This document shows, piece by piece, positions 16,648-26,638 of a DNA stretch of 64,000 bases (position 1 is its first letter; every line of letters begins with the position of its first letter). Position numbers and translations under genes: made by a program. This stretch comes from an uncultured virus (IMG/VR IMGVR_UViG_3300007516_000009) (lineage: Duplodnaviria > Heunggongvirae > Uroviricota > Caudoviricetes), in the IMG/VR virus record IMGVR_UViG_3300007516_000009; one strand, written 5' to 3'. Below the pieces are notes generated by a model. That model saw only the letters and a list, made by a program, of their open reading frames with translations, was not told the origin of the DNA and did no database searches.

Positions 16648-17576
16648 ATGAACTCACAGTCGGCCATGATCTCAGTTAAGCACGCTACGAGATTGATTTC
16701 TTGATCCGCAACGAACGCAGATTTATACGAATAGTTTGCAAGATGTAATACCAGCTGAGGTATGGATTTGGGCGCGACATTTTCACTTGCAGCATCGTAA
16801 AGCTTCCGATATAGCACATGAGGCTCGATATCTGTGTTCGTTGCTACCCATTTTCGCATTTCTTTAAAGCTTTTGTTCTTCAAGAAACCAATAAGCGGCT
16901 TAAGATTATCATCAGAAAGATTAACTAAGATTCCAACATCGATCGTTCCATTAACTGAATATCGCTGAAGTTCATTAAGTGATCGGCGCCAGTCCGGGAA
17001 GTATTTAGTAATAAGCTCAGCAATAACTCTTGGATCAAACGTGATGTTTTCACTTTTCAAAATCATAGCTGCTCGCTTCATGAAACTCTGAGCAAGAAAT
17101 GGCTTCTCGTTATTAGGAATCACGAAATCAATAACTGCGCAGCGAGAATGAAGTGGCGGGATAATCCGGTTTTTAAAGTTACAAGTAAGAATGAATCCGC
17201 AGTTATTGGAATATTCCTCCATAAAGTTTCGAAGACCAGGTTGCGTAGACTGCGGCTGAAGATAATCTGCTTCGTCAAGTATTACATATTTTCGAGAACC
17301 GGTAAATGAAACGGTTGAAGCAAAGTTTTTTATCTCGACTCGAAGCGTATCAATATTTCCGTTGAGCGAACCGTTAATCACTATATAATCGAACCCACAC
17401 TCTTCAAGCATGGCGCGGGCGACAGTAGTTTTACCGACGCCCGCCGTACCAGATAACAGTAAATTTGGCACATATTTTTGCTCTACAAACTTAGCAAATG
17501 TGTCTTTTAGATTTTTAGAAAGAATACAATCTTCAATTTTCGATGGGCGCCAGCGTTCGGTCCAGAGTTCGTTCAT
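16644..17576 (-). CDS. 44: Clamp loader large subunit gp44
   Basis: GTAGVGKTT, ILDEADYL, LHSRC, FPDWRR, DQEINL. Confidence 0.97.
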   Translation of the reverse strand: MNELWTERWRPSKIEDCILSKNLKDTFAKFVEQKYVPNLLLSGTAGVGKTTVARAMLEECGFDYIVINGSLNGNIDTLRVEIKNFASTVSFTGSRKYVILDEADYLQPQSTQPGLRNFMEEYSNNCGFILTCNFKNRIIPPLHSRCAVIDFVIPNNEKPFLAQSFMKRAAMILKSENITFDPRVIAELITKYFPDWRRSLNELQRYSVNGTIDVGILVNLSDDNLKPLIGFLKNKSFKEMRKWVATNTDIEPHVLYRKLYDAASENVAPKSIPQLVLHLANYSYKSAFVADQEINLVACLTEIMADCEFI

Positions 17577-17701
17577 AATCTATATTTCCTTCATATGGTG
17601 TATATTCCACACCAAAAAACATAAGTCACGCCGAGCGTACTTTCGGTGTGCGGATGTAACCGATATCGGTACACTTATGACCAGTTACCTCGTCTTGATG
17701 T

Positions 17702-18355
17702 TCATCGAGGGCTTTCAGTTGCGATGAAATACTGAAGCGATCCAGTTTCATTTGTAAAATGACTAATACCCTTTGATGAGATATTTACGTTGTAGTTGCT
17801 TGGCATTACCTTTAGGTTTTCGGCTTTAAATACAAGATCAAACGTCTGGTCAGTTTCACCCACAATGACTTGATATTTATTGGATGTTGCGTTCTTCACG
17901 TCGCCGACTTCAAGAACAATTTCACCAGATCGACCAGCGACTGACCAATTAGGCGCTTGAAAAACGCTTGCTGCTTGCATTGTAGCTTTGAGCGTCTCAA
18001 TCGAAAGCCTGAATTCGACAACCACATCGGGTAGACTGATAGCTTTTGCTGGTGCTGCGAGCACCATATTCTTATCTGCAAAGAAATACTTGATAGAAGA
18101 TTTGCCAGTAGCAATAGTCACGTGCCTGTCGCTAAACGTAAAATCCGGATTTTCAAAAAGCGATACTGCGGATAGAAACTGGTTCAAATCATAGATCGCA
18201 AACTCAGATTCAAACGAATCATCGACTTCAGCAATTGCCATAATCGTTTTCTGGGGTGAAATGGTGCGGAGTACGTTTCCAACATTGATGAGAATAGATG
18301 GGTTAATTGATGTGAAGCTCTTAAGTACTGCGAGCGTGTTGGGCGAAATTTTCAT
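17702..18355 (-). CDS. 45: Sliding clamp gp45
   Basis: MKIS..TL.VLKSF.SINPS, FAIYDLNQFL, ENLK, YFIATE. Confidence 0.95.
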   Translation of the reverse strand: MKISPNTLAVLKSFTSINPSILINVGNVLRTISPQKTIMAIAEVDDSFESEFAIYDLNQFLSAVSLFENPDFTFSDRHVTIATGKSSIKYFFADKNMVLAAPAKAISLPDVVVEFRLSIETLKATMQAASVFQAPNWSVAGRSGEIVLEVGDVKNATSNKYQVIVGETDQTFDLVFKAENLKVMPSNYNVNISSKGISHFTNETGSLQYFIATESPR

Positions 18356-18416
18356 TATGAGTCACTCCTTATGTTAAACAATATTCTATATTATAATCAG
18401 GTTCAAGTATATAATT

Positions 18417-19259
18417 CTACTTTAGTTTCTCAGACTTATCTGCTGTTGCAGATGCCCCAATCTGTGCCAAATCGGATAGACTTCCACCGAACGTATATGA
18501 TCCCATATGCGTTAAGCGCATCCACGGGCACATCCAAACCTTGATCTGGGCTTTACGTGCCCACTGGCAAAACATATAGTCCTCCGAAAGATATCGGCGA
18601 GACTCAGGATCAATAACACAATCGAAATATGCCATGATTTCTCTCGATCCATCAAAGTGTGCTGTCCGCACGTGGTCTGGAAGATATTTGAACTCAGGAT
18701 ATGCCTTTTCATATGCAACGAATGCTTTTCGTTGGATCATCATAAATCCAGTTCCGCCCTCAAGCACTTCTGTCGGCTCACTTAAAGAAATTTGAGTCTG
18801 CCCATGTGCTGGATTAAATACATAATCTCCAACAAAATTCTGTAGATTGTTAGGGTTTTCATCTGCATAGCCTTTATCAACAGCGCGCTTGATCTTTTCC
18901 CATGCAATTGTCTTTTTCGGATACGGCCCACACATAATATCTTTATTTGATTCCGGATCTGCGAGCGCCGCAAGCGCAAGCACGTCATTTGGGTTAAAAC
19001 CGATATCTGCGTCAATAAACATCAGATGAGTAAATTGTTCGTTGCGAAGAAACTCATCTACGCAATAATTACGGGCGCGCGTAATAAGTGACTCATTAAA
19101 CAGATAAAAGAACTCAATCTCAATCCCATTCTGTGAGCAAAGTTTAGATAGATCTGCCGTTGATTTAGTATATTGACCTGAGCACATTCCCCCAAACATC
19201 GGAGTAGCTACAAAAATCTTTCGCTTTTGTAACTCAGTTCTGTCAATTGAAATCTCCAT
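18417..19259 (-). CDS. GT-A fold glycosyltransferase-like protein
   Basis: IFVATPMFGG, NESLITRARN, HLMFIDADIGF (DxD), GTGFMMI, YLSEDY.FC. Confidence 0.8.
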   Translation of the reverse strand: MEISIDRTELQKRKIFVATPMFGGMCSGQYTKSTADLSKLCSQNGIEIEFFYLFNESLITRARNYCVDEFLRNEQFTHLMFIDADIGFNPNDVLALAALADPESNKDIMCGPYPKKTIAWEKIKRAVDKGYADENPNNLQNFVGDYVFNPAHGQTQISLSEPTEVLEGGTGFMMIQRKAFVAYEKAYPEFKYLPDHVRTAHFDGSREIMAYFDCVIDPESRRYLSEDYMFCQWARKAQIKVWMCPWMRLTHMGSYTFGGSLSDLAQIGASATADKSEKLK

Positions 19260-19543
19260 TATTTTCTACCCTTAAAATTATTGTCGTGATTATGAAGTGC
19301 GATAATCGCATAGTGGATAACTTTAAGAAGATCTTTTCTCCACGCATCACTATCACTTTTGCGGCCATAACGCTGCGCATACTTCATAATATTTCCAATA
19401 CAGAAACCATCGCCGTGGCCGGCATCTAGAATGAATTCCGTTGCTTGATATTTATTCTGAGCATAGTGCTCTTTATATGTATTATTAATATATGTTGTGA
19501 TTTCTGCGAGTATTTCTTCTTCATTATATTTATAGTTAATCAT
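19259..19543 (-). CDS. DUF3310/SaV-like protein
   Basis: HY, GFCIGNIMKYAQRYGRK, DLLKVIHY motifs. Confidence 0.8.
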   Translation of the reverse strand: MINYKYNEEEILAEITTYINNTYKEHYAQNKYQATEFILDAGHGDGFCIGNIMKYAQRYGRKSDSDAWRKDLLKVIHYAIIALHNHDNNFKGRK

Positions 19544-20409
19544 TATTGTGCCTTGCCAAAAGTTTGTTTATGTTTCGGGCTCCAAATATCATAACAACTC
19601 GAACATAAAGATTTAATAGTTGATTTAATCGGAGTAGCGCAGCCGCAGCACTCTAATCCCGCCATCATGGGCTCATATACCTCGGTCGGTTGTTCTACAT
19701 CGCGGATCCAACTACCTGCTTGTTCCCAGCCGGACCCATTAAATTTTGGTGAGATGATTGGTTTAAATCCATGATCATATATTTCTTCTAATAAGAGATT
19801 TGATTTTGCAACCCAATCGCCTTTGGCTGCTGGAATTTTATGAAAGTCAACGACAATCGCGCGCATAGATGGACTTATTAGCTTGCCGCTATACTGATAT
19901 TCAGCGCCCTCTACATCTATTTTAACAACTGTTGCGTGTTTAATAGCATCGGTATATTGTACAGCCTTAACATTCTCAGTTTTTGCTTTTGATTTCTGTC
20001 CCAAAATTATACTGTTAGTGACTCCAATTCCTTTTGAAATATTGATATCCACAGATTCGATATCAACTCCAACTACCGCAGCATGAATTACTTCCATGTT
20101 TGGCAGTTTGGTAAGAGAAAGAATTTCGTGTGTTTTACGGGTCGGCTCATACGCAGTTACTTTTTTGACCGGAAATCTGGCACACCGAATCGCAAAGGTT
20201 CCTACATAAGCACCGATATCAACCACAACATCTGTATGTCTGAGTTCAATTGAGTTGCATTCTTTCATTGGCGTAATAAATGGGTTTTTCTCATTATCCC
20301 GGTAAATTACGTTGTGCCCGCCAGGGACGTTTCCACCTGGAATATGTTTATAAAAAATTTCTGGGTCTGGGTCTGTATAGGTTTTGCCGAAAAAACTTGC
20401 AATATTCAC
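19543..20409 (-). CDS. FkbM-family SAM-dependent methyltransferase with C-terminal Cys cluster
   Basis: VVDIGAYVG, AYEP, KIDVEGAE; CCGC...CSSC near the C-terminus. Confidence 0.82.
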   Translation of the reverse strand: MNIASFFGKTYTDPDPEIFYKHIPGGNVPGGHNVIYRDNEKNPFITPMKECNSIELRHTDVVVDIGAYVGTFAIRCARFPVKKVTAYEPTRKTHEILSLTKLPNMEVIHAAVVGVDIESVDINISKGIGVTNSIILGQKSKAKTENVKAVQYTDAIKHATVVKIDVEGAEYQYSGKLISPSMRAIVVDFHKIPAAKGDWVAKSNLLLEEIYDHGFKPIISPKFNGSGWEQAGSWIRDVEQPTEVYEPMMAGLECCGCATPIKSTIKSLCSSCYDIWSPKHKQTFGKAQ

Positions 20410-21374
20410 CGTGTTGCTCCATAATAAGATTTATACCAATTAACAAATTTCTCAACACCCTCGGGGATAGAAACCCGAGGTTTCCAGCCAAGTGCTTGAA
20501 GCTTAGTTGTATCTGACCAAGTTTCAAGTGTATCCGCCGGGTGAGGACCAACCATATTTTTTTTGATTTCTAGGCCGAAATTCTTTTCAATCTCAGCGAT
20601 GAAATCCATGAGATGAACTTGTTCACCGCGGCCTATATTATATATCTCGTCAAGCGGTGTGTTATCATCAATAAGTTTCTTTTCTAGAATAAGCAAAATT
20701 CCCTCAACGATATCAGTCACATACGTAAAATCTCGTTTCATATTCCCATAGTTAAAAACATCAATTGTTTTTCCAGAAACAGCCGCTTCAGAAAAACCAA
20801 ACAGTGCCATGTCTGGTCGGCCATATGGCCCATAAACAGTAAAAAATCGTAACCCAATTGTTTGCGAAATTGGTGATGTTATAAATTGACATTCGTTAGT
20901 GCGTTTTGTATATCCATATGGATTTAATTGATGCCCAGTAGGCGAGTCCTCTTTCCACGGTAATGGATTTCCAGCCATTACACATGATGTTGATGCGTAA
21001 ATAACTTTTCTAATTCCCAATGAAGTAACAGTATCAATTAAATTTTGAGTTGCGAGAATGTTATTCTTAATATACTCCATGGCATGATCGTATGAATGAC
21101 GAACCCCAGCATATGCAGCCAGATGAATTATCACCTCTGGGGTTATTTCACTAATAACAGATTGACAGTTGGCCGGGTCTGCCAAGTCACAGAAATGAAT
21201 TTTTATGTTTTTTGCGGCAAGTATATTTTCCCGACGTTTTTTCAACTGGGGATCATAATACGAATTGAAGTTGTCCAACCCAACAACATCATGGCCAACA
21301 CTATATAGGTTTGATGCGAGATGATATCCGATGAATCCTGCCGCGCCAGTAATTAGAACCCGTGTCATTACCAA
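20406..21374 (-). CDS. NAD-dependent epimerase, UDP-glucuronate 4-epimerase-like
   Basis: ITGAAGFIG, DNFNSYYDPQLK, HLAAYAGVRHS, YGYTK, LRFFTVYGPYGRPDMA, RDFTYV.DI. Confidence 0.9.
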   Translation of the reverse strand: MVMTRVLITGAAGFIGYHLASNLYSVGHDVVGLDNFNSYYDPQLKKRRENILAAKNIKIHFCDLADPANCQSVISEITPEVIIHLAAYAGVRHSYDHAMEYIKNNILATQNLIDTVTSLGIRKVIYASTSCVMAGNPLPWKEDSPTGHQLNPYGYTKRTNECQFITSPISQTIGLRFFTVYGPYGRPDMALFGFSEAAVSGKTIDVFNYGNMKRDFTYVTDIVEGILLILEKKLIDDNTPLDEIYNIGRGEQVHLMDFIAEIEKNFGLEIKKNMVGPHPADTLETWSDTTKLQALGWKPRVSIPEGVEKFVNWYKSYYGATR

Positions 21375-22279
21375 CTTCCTCTTCCCGACGGATAAACTGC
21401 TTTATTGAAATCATAATCTATGAATTGTTCTTCCGTACCGTATTTTCTAGCAAGTTTCATGCCGAATTCGTTTGCTTTATTCTTGATTATAACGTCTGGT
21501 CGTAGGAGCATTTTGTTATTTCTGAACCCGGAAATATCTACGTGGTGGTGTGTTCTGCCATATCGTTCGACGAGTGTTACAACATCCGGGTGCATGTCAA
21601 CAAGCATTTTTGATTTTTTATATGAAGCATCTTCTTCATAATTATTATAGACCTCAGTGGTGTTTCCTCCCCTGACTGAGCCCGTTCTAGCCTTGCCGCA
21701 AAGAAAAGAATAAAATAGCATCGTACAGGCACCGTCTTTAAGGACGCGGATAGAAAGATCAACGTCTTCATTATAACGGCCGCGCCACCTATGCGGACAA
21801 GAATTTTGAATAAGAAAACACGACATAATACGGGTATTCAAAATGTACGGTGGGTACGGATAATCGTCTATACAGAAAAATTTATACTGAAAACCAGCCA
21901 ACTGAACATTTTGGAACCTATCGACAAAATCCTCTGCTGCTCGAAACACTGCGGTCCCTGTTTCCACGCGATATCTTTTATTATTATGAAAGCGCCAAAA
22001 CTCAAAAATGTTATCGTCGAGCAGCCAATGCCGATCAAACCCACTCGATAATGAGTGCTCCCAACACCAATTGCGGGCGGGGCCGGATCCCTTTCCATGA
22101 TTGCTAAACGGTAGCAACAAGATTTTTGTTGGATCAATAACAGCAGCATATGCGTCAAATTCCTGTGGCTCGATCACAATATAATACGGAACGCACATTC
22201 GCTCAAGCGCTTTACTCGTATACCGCGTATCTGCTCGGCCCTTTGAAATTATATAAATTGGATATCGCGTATTATTCAT
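21368..22279 (-). CDS. TET-associated/GREB1-like glycosyltransferase (TAGT)
   Basis: YPIYIISKGRA, GSGPARNWCWEHS, HWLLDDNI, WRGRYNEDVDLS.RVLK, GGNT; start moved to MNNTRYP (22279). Confidence 0.8.
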   Translation of the reverse strand: MNNTRYPIYIISKGRADTRYTSKALERMCVPYYIVIEPQEFDAYAAVIDPTKILLLPFSNHGKGSGPARNWCWEHSLSSGFDRHWLLDDNIFEFWRFHNNKRYRVETGTAVFRAAEDFVDRFQNVQLAGFQYKFFCIDDYPYPPYILNTRIMSCFLIQNSCPHRWRGRYNEDVDLSIRVLKDGACTMLFYSFLCGKARTGSVRGGNTTEVYNNYEEDASYKKSKMLVDMHPDVVTLVERYGRTHHHVDISGFRNNKMLLRPDVIIKNKANEFGMKLARKYGTEEQFIDYDFNKAVYPSGRGSW

Positions 22280-22646
22280 CTTCCACCCACTTATTAGTGA
22301 TATTTTCTTCGCGAGATTTCTCTGGCCAAAAAAACCCACGAGTTTTCGGAGTAAATACTTGATTTAGAAGTTTAGCAAAAGCATGATAATCTTCTTCATT
22401 TCGTAAACTCACTATTATTTGTTTGTATGGCGCAAGATCAGTACTCGCATATGCTGGCATCCCACCAGCATGCCATTGCCGGTATGGGTTGGTCCATTCT
22501 TCTTGAAGTTTTTCTTCTTCTGATAAACCGAAAAAATCCGTAAGTGTACTTATCTGTTCAACTTCAGGAGCATGGTCGGAGCGGTCGGAGCGGTCGTCGT
22601 AGTCAATTGAAGTATCGGGTAAGTTCTCGGTCATCAGCGTCTCCAT
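22272..22646 (-). CDS. Small acidic partner protein upstream of the TAGT gene
   Basis: W..GGMPAY...IIV..RNEEDY..F...L.Q..T.KT..W.P pattern; overlaps both neighbours. Confidence 0.65.
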   Translation of the reverse strand: METLMTENLPDTSIDYDDRSDRSDHAPEVEQISTLTDFFGLSEEEKLQEEWTNPYRQWHAGGMPAYASTDLAPYKQIIVSLRNEEDYHAFAKLLNQVFTPKTRGFFWPEKSREENITNKWVEDE

Positions 22647-23086
22647 TCTGAATTTGAATACTCTTTGAATTGATTGATTATATACTCATCGGTGATACAA
22701 GTCAATAGCTCACAAGAGCTAACATCATATAAGTGCATCGTGCGTCCATCTTTTGTTTTTCTAATTCTGGTGATTCTATTCTCTGGAAGATACTTCCAAA
22801 TATTGACTTTGTTTCCATTATTTGAGCTTGGAGTTTCTACAAAAATAAGCAGATCAACGGCATTACATTTCGCAATTTGGTTTGCGTTTACCGAAAATGC
22901 CCGCTCGACATGAAACATCTGTTGTGTTTTCACCTCGCATGTGAGTTCACCAATAGACATATCTTTCTTTCTATCATATAAATCAAGCGACTCATCAACC
23001 TGAAACCCCTGATCTCTATAGTATTTAGCCACCAATTTTTCACCGAGTGCGCCACTTTGTACTTTTTTCATTTCAATATCACTCAT
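22634..23086 (-). CDS. PD-(D/E)xK nuclease-like hypothetical protein
   Basis: GALGE helix, KD...CEVKT motif. Confidence 0.5.
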   Translation of the reverse strand: MSDIEMKKVQSGALGEKLVAKYYRDQGFQVDESLDLYDRKKDMSIGELTCEVKTQQMFHVERAFSVNANQIAKCNAVDLLIFVETPSSNNGNKVNIWKYLPENRITRIRKTKDGRTMHLYDVSSCELLTCITDEYIINQFKEYSNSEWRR

Positions 23087-23471
23087 TAGATGTCTCCGGA
23101 CTATAAAGAACAGCCCCGAGATCGGGCGAAGAATAGTTTGGTCCCTTGAGAACTTTCCCGTCCTCTCTATAAAGTGGGTTACCGTCCGACCCCAATTTAC
23201 TCATATTCGATCTATGTACCTCTTTAAAGCACAGGTCGATATCAAGCCCATAACACAATGCGGCACCATAAACAACATAAAGAATATCAGTGAGCGCATC
23301 GGCGATCTCGACGATGTCTTTATTGAAAATGCCGGTTTTCAACTCATCCACTTCTTCTTCAATAAGTGATAGTCGAAGCTTTTGTTCATCTGTTTCCAGA
23401 AGACCGGGTGTTTTGCGATCTGGCAAATCGAACGTGGCGTGGAATTCTCGAACCATTTCAAAATTCGTCAT
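23079..23471 (-). CDS. MazG-like/phosphoribosyl-ATP pyrophosphohydrolase-family NTP pyrophosphatase
   Basis: LIEEEVDEL, EIADALTDILYVVYG, EVHRSNMSK, REDGKVLKGPNY. Confidence 0.9.
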   Translation of the reverse strand: MTNFEMVREFHATFDLPDRKTPGLLETDEQKLRLSLIEEEVDELKTGIFNKDIVEIADALTDILYVVYGAALCYGLDIDLCFKEVHRSNMSKLGSDGNPLYREDGKVLKGPNYSSPDLGAVLYSPETSNE

Positions 23472-24091
23472 TAACTATTCTCCTCGAAAACCAATTTTTG
23501 TAAACGCAAAATATCCGCGGCGACATCATGAATAGAATTGTGTTTTTCGAATTTAGTATCCCATTCTTTTAACGTGAAACAATTCATATTGCGCTTGAAA
23601 TTAAATTTGGCATCAATATAAGTTCGTGTATCGCGGACATTCCAATGCTTAAGTGCTTTATTAAACTCGTCGATGCGACCAACGTCTGAACACATTCGAT
23701 ACATAATGATCGGATCAAACGTATTAGATCGCGACCACCAATATTCAACTTGGTTATTCTCAGCTAAATACTTGAGTACATTATCAATGAAAGCTGAAAC
23801 TCTGATATCGGTTGGTTCTGGTTTTAGCATAATTTTTGCTAGTGAACTGTCCTGACTTCTCCACCAAGCAAGTGTGTCAGGATCGATTTTATATCCAAAC
23901 TCAGTGACCTGATGAGTGACCTCTAGTTTATCTTTTATAATAACAGTCTCGACCAATTCTTCGAACGTGTATGGATTGGTTGTGAATCTATCAGCATTAA
24001 ATACTGCATATGAGCATTCTAAAACCGGAAACCCACGTATCAAATCGGTCCCGAGTGTCTCGAAGTCGAATATAAAATGTTTGCCCTTCAC
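23471..24091 (-). CDS. dexA: DexA-like 3'-5' exonuclease
   Basis: FIFDFETLG, TL.WW..Q, WSRSN.FD, RDTRTYID, HNSIHDVAADI. Confidence 0.85.
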   Translation of the reverse strand: MKGKHFIFDFETLGTDLIRGFPVLECSYAVFNADRFTTNPYTFEELVETVIIKDKLEVTHQVTEFGYKIDPDTLAWWRSQDSSLAKIMLKPEPTDIRVSAFIDNVLKYLAENNQVEYWWSRSNTFDPIIMYRMCSDVGRIDEFNKALKHWNVRDTRTYIDAKFNFKRNMNCFTLKEWDTKFEKHNSIHDVAADILRLQKLVFEENS

Positions 24092-24142
24092 TTAAATCTC
24101 CATTTTGTAGTTGTTTTATTTTCTTTTATATAGTGTATTCGT

Positions 24143-24655
24143 TTAATTCTTGCGGCGTCGAAGAGCCAATTTTTGATCTTTTCGAGCCTTAACCAAATGA
24201 TAAGAAATAGCTTTACTCGTAAATACAACACCCAAAACATGATCATATTCATGTTGAATAGCCCTTGCAGTGAATCCAGCATACGTATTAGTAGTCGTCT
24301 CATTATATAAGTCAGTGAATCGCATACGAATCTTAGTCGAGCGCTTAATTGGAATATATAATTTTGGAAACGAAAGACATACTTCTTTAGACGTTTCTTC
24401 TTCTTCTGAATAGTTAACGATAGATGAGTTGAAGAATGCCATAATCGACTCTTTGTTTTCAGGATCACCCACAACAAAAACAGAATAAGGAATACCCATC
24501 TGTGGTGCAGCGAGTCCAAACCCATTATGCTTGATCATGATCTCGGAAAGTTCGACCGCAAGTTCTATTGGATCACATGGCGGGTTTGCAAAATCGAAGA
24601 CTTCTGCTGGACGACGGAGATCCGGGCTTGTTTCTTTAAGAAAAGCTAGTTTCAT
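24143..24655 (-). CDS. def: Peptide deformylase
   Basis: GFGLAAPQ, EVCLS (variant of EGCLS), QHEYDH. Confidence 0.92.
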   Translation of the reverse strand: MKLAFLKETSPDLRRPAEVFDFANPPCDPIELAVELSEIMIKHNGFGLAAPQMGIPYSVFVVGDPENKESIMAFFNSSIVNYSEEEETSKEVCLSFPKLYIPIKRSTKIRMRFTDLYNETTTNTYAGFTARAIQHEYDHVLGVVFTSKAISYHLVKARKDQKLALRRRKN

Positions 24656-24819
24656 ATCGCGTATTCCTCAACTATATAGTCCTTCCAAGTTAAGCTTGCG
24701 TAGTAATCTGCTTCTTGAAAATTCAGAAACAATTTCGGTGTTGTTTCCGCCGCATCATTTTGCTTCACTTCAAGCACCCAGAGATAATCCTCACTAAATT
24801 TCACCTTAACTCCGTACAT
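24652..24819 (-). CDS. Small hypothetical protein (55 aa, MYGVKVKFSEDYLWV...)
   Basis: My translation; AGGAG RBS and ATGA overlap with def. Confidence 0.65.
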   Translation of the reverse strand: MYGVKVKFSEDYLWVLEVKQNDAAETTPKLFLNFQEADYYASLTWKDYIVEEYAI

Positions 24820-24906
24820 AATAATCTCCTATAGTGTATAAACTTTGAGTGTAATGGGAAATATGTTGTGTGTTCCGGCGCCTCTTGTTCGGCTGTATAG
24901 ACTTTT

Positions 24907-26622
24907 TCATGCTGCAATCCTCGAGAAATTCTTGTGTTTCTCAAATTTGATAATAGCGCGGAATTTATCTTGTAGAAGATCTCCTTTGTGACTGATAACG
25001 AAAACATTATTGTTCTTTCCAAGTTCATTGAGCAACTTCAAGAATTCATCCGATCCATTTGCATCAAGTGACGCATCGAATACTTCGTCGAGCAGTAACA
25101 GATTTGTGTTAGTTGAATTTTTCATTTTAGCAATAGCCCGCCAAGTCATGAGTAGAGCCAAATCAATTCGCATCTTCTCACCCTCGCTAAACGACGGATA
25201 ACTAAACTCATCTCGATGTCGAGACTTAATTACCCCATCAAAGGTTTCGGTTAACTCGAAGTGGACAAAGAACTCCATCGATGCAAGATATTTATTGATT
25301 AGTTTATTCATCACTGGAATATACTGCTTTATGATCTGGGTTTTAATGCCCTTATCTTTGAGTAAATCAGCCGCGGTGTCGAATATGTGTTTCTCTTTTA
25401 ACAATTCTTCTTTATGTTCTTCGTACTTACTAATTACGCTTCTGAGTTTGCTTATCTTGGCCGTTTCAGCATCAAGATCGCCAATATTACCGGTTTCAGC
25501 TATCATATTTTTTTGTAGTTTAATGCTGTAACTATTGAGAGACGAAACCTGGACAACTTCTAAGTGCATCGCTTGTTGTGTTTGCTGAATTGATTTTTTC
25601 GTCGTTTCAATATCATTGAGCCGGTGCGACCACTTATTAAGTTGTTCTGCGAGTTTAGAATACCCATCCTCTATTTCGCCGATTTTGTTATATTTACACT
25701 CGATGCTGGTGTGTTTCGTTTCGTTTGTTATGACTTGATTACATGTTGGACAATTATTATTGTTTTCGTAAAAGAAAACTTCCTTTTTAAGGGTTTCTAT
25801 TTTATCTGTTAGTTTTGATTTAATTAGTTGAATATCACGGATTTTCTTTTGTACCGCTGCGTCGTCTTTTATGTGTTCTTGAAGTATACTTATATCTTCT
25901 TCATATTCAGAAACAGTCACAGTAAGCTTATTGATGTTTGCTTGCGTAAGATCGAGTTCGGTTTGAATAGTTTCTATCCTCTTTTGATTTGAAATTTTTA
26001 TTTCTTCTACATACTGTGTGTGTACCTTGAGTTTCTCCCCATCTACTTCAATTTTATAGTTCATATCGCTAAGAGTTTCTCTATTTGTTTGTAGTTTTTC
26101 TTTAAGTAGAATATTCATTGATGTGAATATTTTAAGATCAAGTAGATCCTCAATTATCTCTCGGCGTTGTTGCGCGCTAAGTTGCATAAATGGAATAAAC
26201 GTAGATGATCCGAGTACGACTATTTGGGTAAATGAGGAGAAGTTAAGCTTTAGAATATTCTTCTCCAGATACTCTTGATAGTCCTTAGCCGCCGCCGCCT
26301 GCTCAACTAACTTTCCGTTTACGTGAATATCAAAAATGTTAGGTTTTAGCCCACGAATAATTCTGTATTTTATTTTACCGATACTAAACTCGACTTCGAC
26401 CAACAGCCCCTTTTGATTAATTGAGTTAATTAGCTGGGGTTTATTGATTTTTCTGAACGGTTTACCAAACAACACGAAACATAAAGCATCTAAAATAGTT
26501 GACTTGCCCGCCCCGTTTTCACCGATCATCAGTGTCGTTGCATTTTTACGAAGATTGATTTCTGTCCATACGTCCCCGGTAGACAATAGGTTTTTCCATT
26601 TTATACTGTTAAATAAAAGAAT
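24907..26622 (-). CDS. 46: Recombination nuclease ATPase subunit gp46 (Rad50/SbcC-like), probable ATT start
   Basis: GENGAGKST, CPTC hook, FSEGEKMRIDLALL, LDEVFD, ISHK; conserved F..I.WKN.LSTG N-terminus extends to ATT at 26622. Confidence 0.95.
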   Translation of the reverse strand: MLLFNSIKWKNLLSTGDVWTEINLRKNATTLMIGENGAGKSTILDALCFVLFGKPFRKINKPQLINSINQKGLLVEVEFSIGKIKYRIIRGLKPNIFDIHVNGKLVEQAAAAKDYQEYLEKNILKLNFSSFTQIVVLGSSTFIPFMQLSAQQRREIIEDLLDLKIFTSMNILLKEKLQTNRETLSDMNYKIEVDGEKLKVHTQYVEEIKISNQKRIETIQTELDLTQANINKLTVTVSEYEEDISILQEHIKDDAAVQKKIRDIQLIKSKLTDKIETLKKEVFFYENNNNCPTCNQVITNETKHTSIECKYNKIGEIEDGYSKLAEQLNKWSHRLNDIETTKKSIQQTQQAMHLEVVQVSSLNSYSIKLQKNMIAETGNIGDLDAETAKISKLRSVISKYEEHKEELLKEKHIFDTAADLLKDKGIKTQIIKQYIPVMNKLINKYLASMEFFVHFELTETFDGVIKSRHRDEFSYPSFSEGEKMRIDLALLMTWRAIAKMKNSTNTNLLLLDEVFDASLDANGSDEFLKLLNELGKNNNVFVISHKGDLLQDKFRAIIKFEKHKNFSRIAA

Positions 26623-26638
26623 AATTCATCTCCTATAA

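Noticed and set aside
22575..22600. 9-bp tandem repeat GGTCGGAGC
   Set aside because: Only two to three copies, in frame, in a disordered N-terminus.
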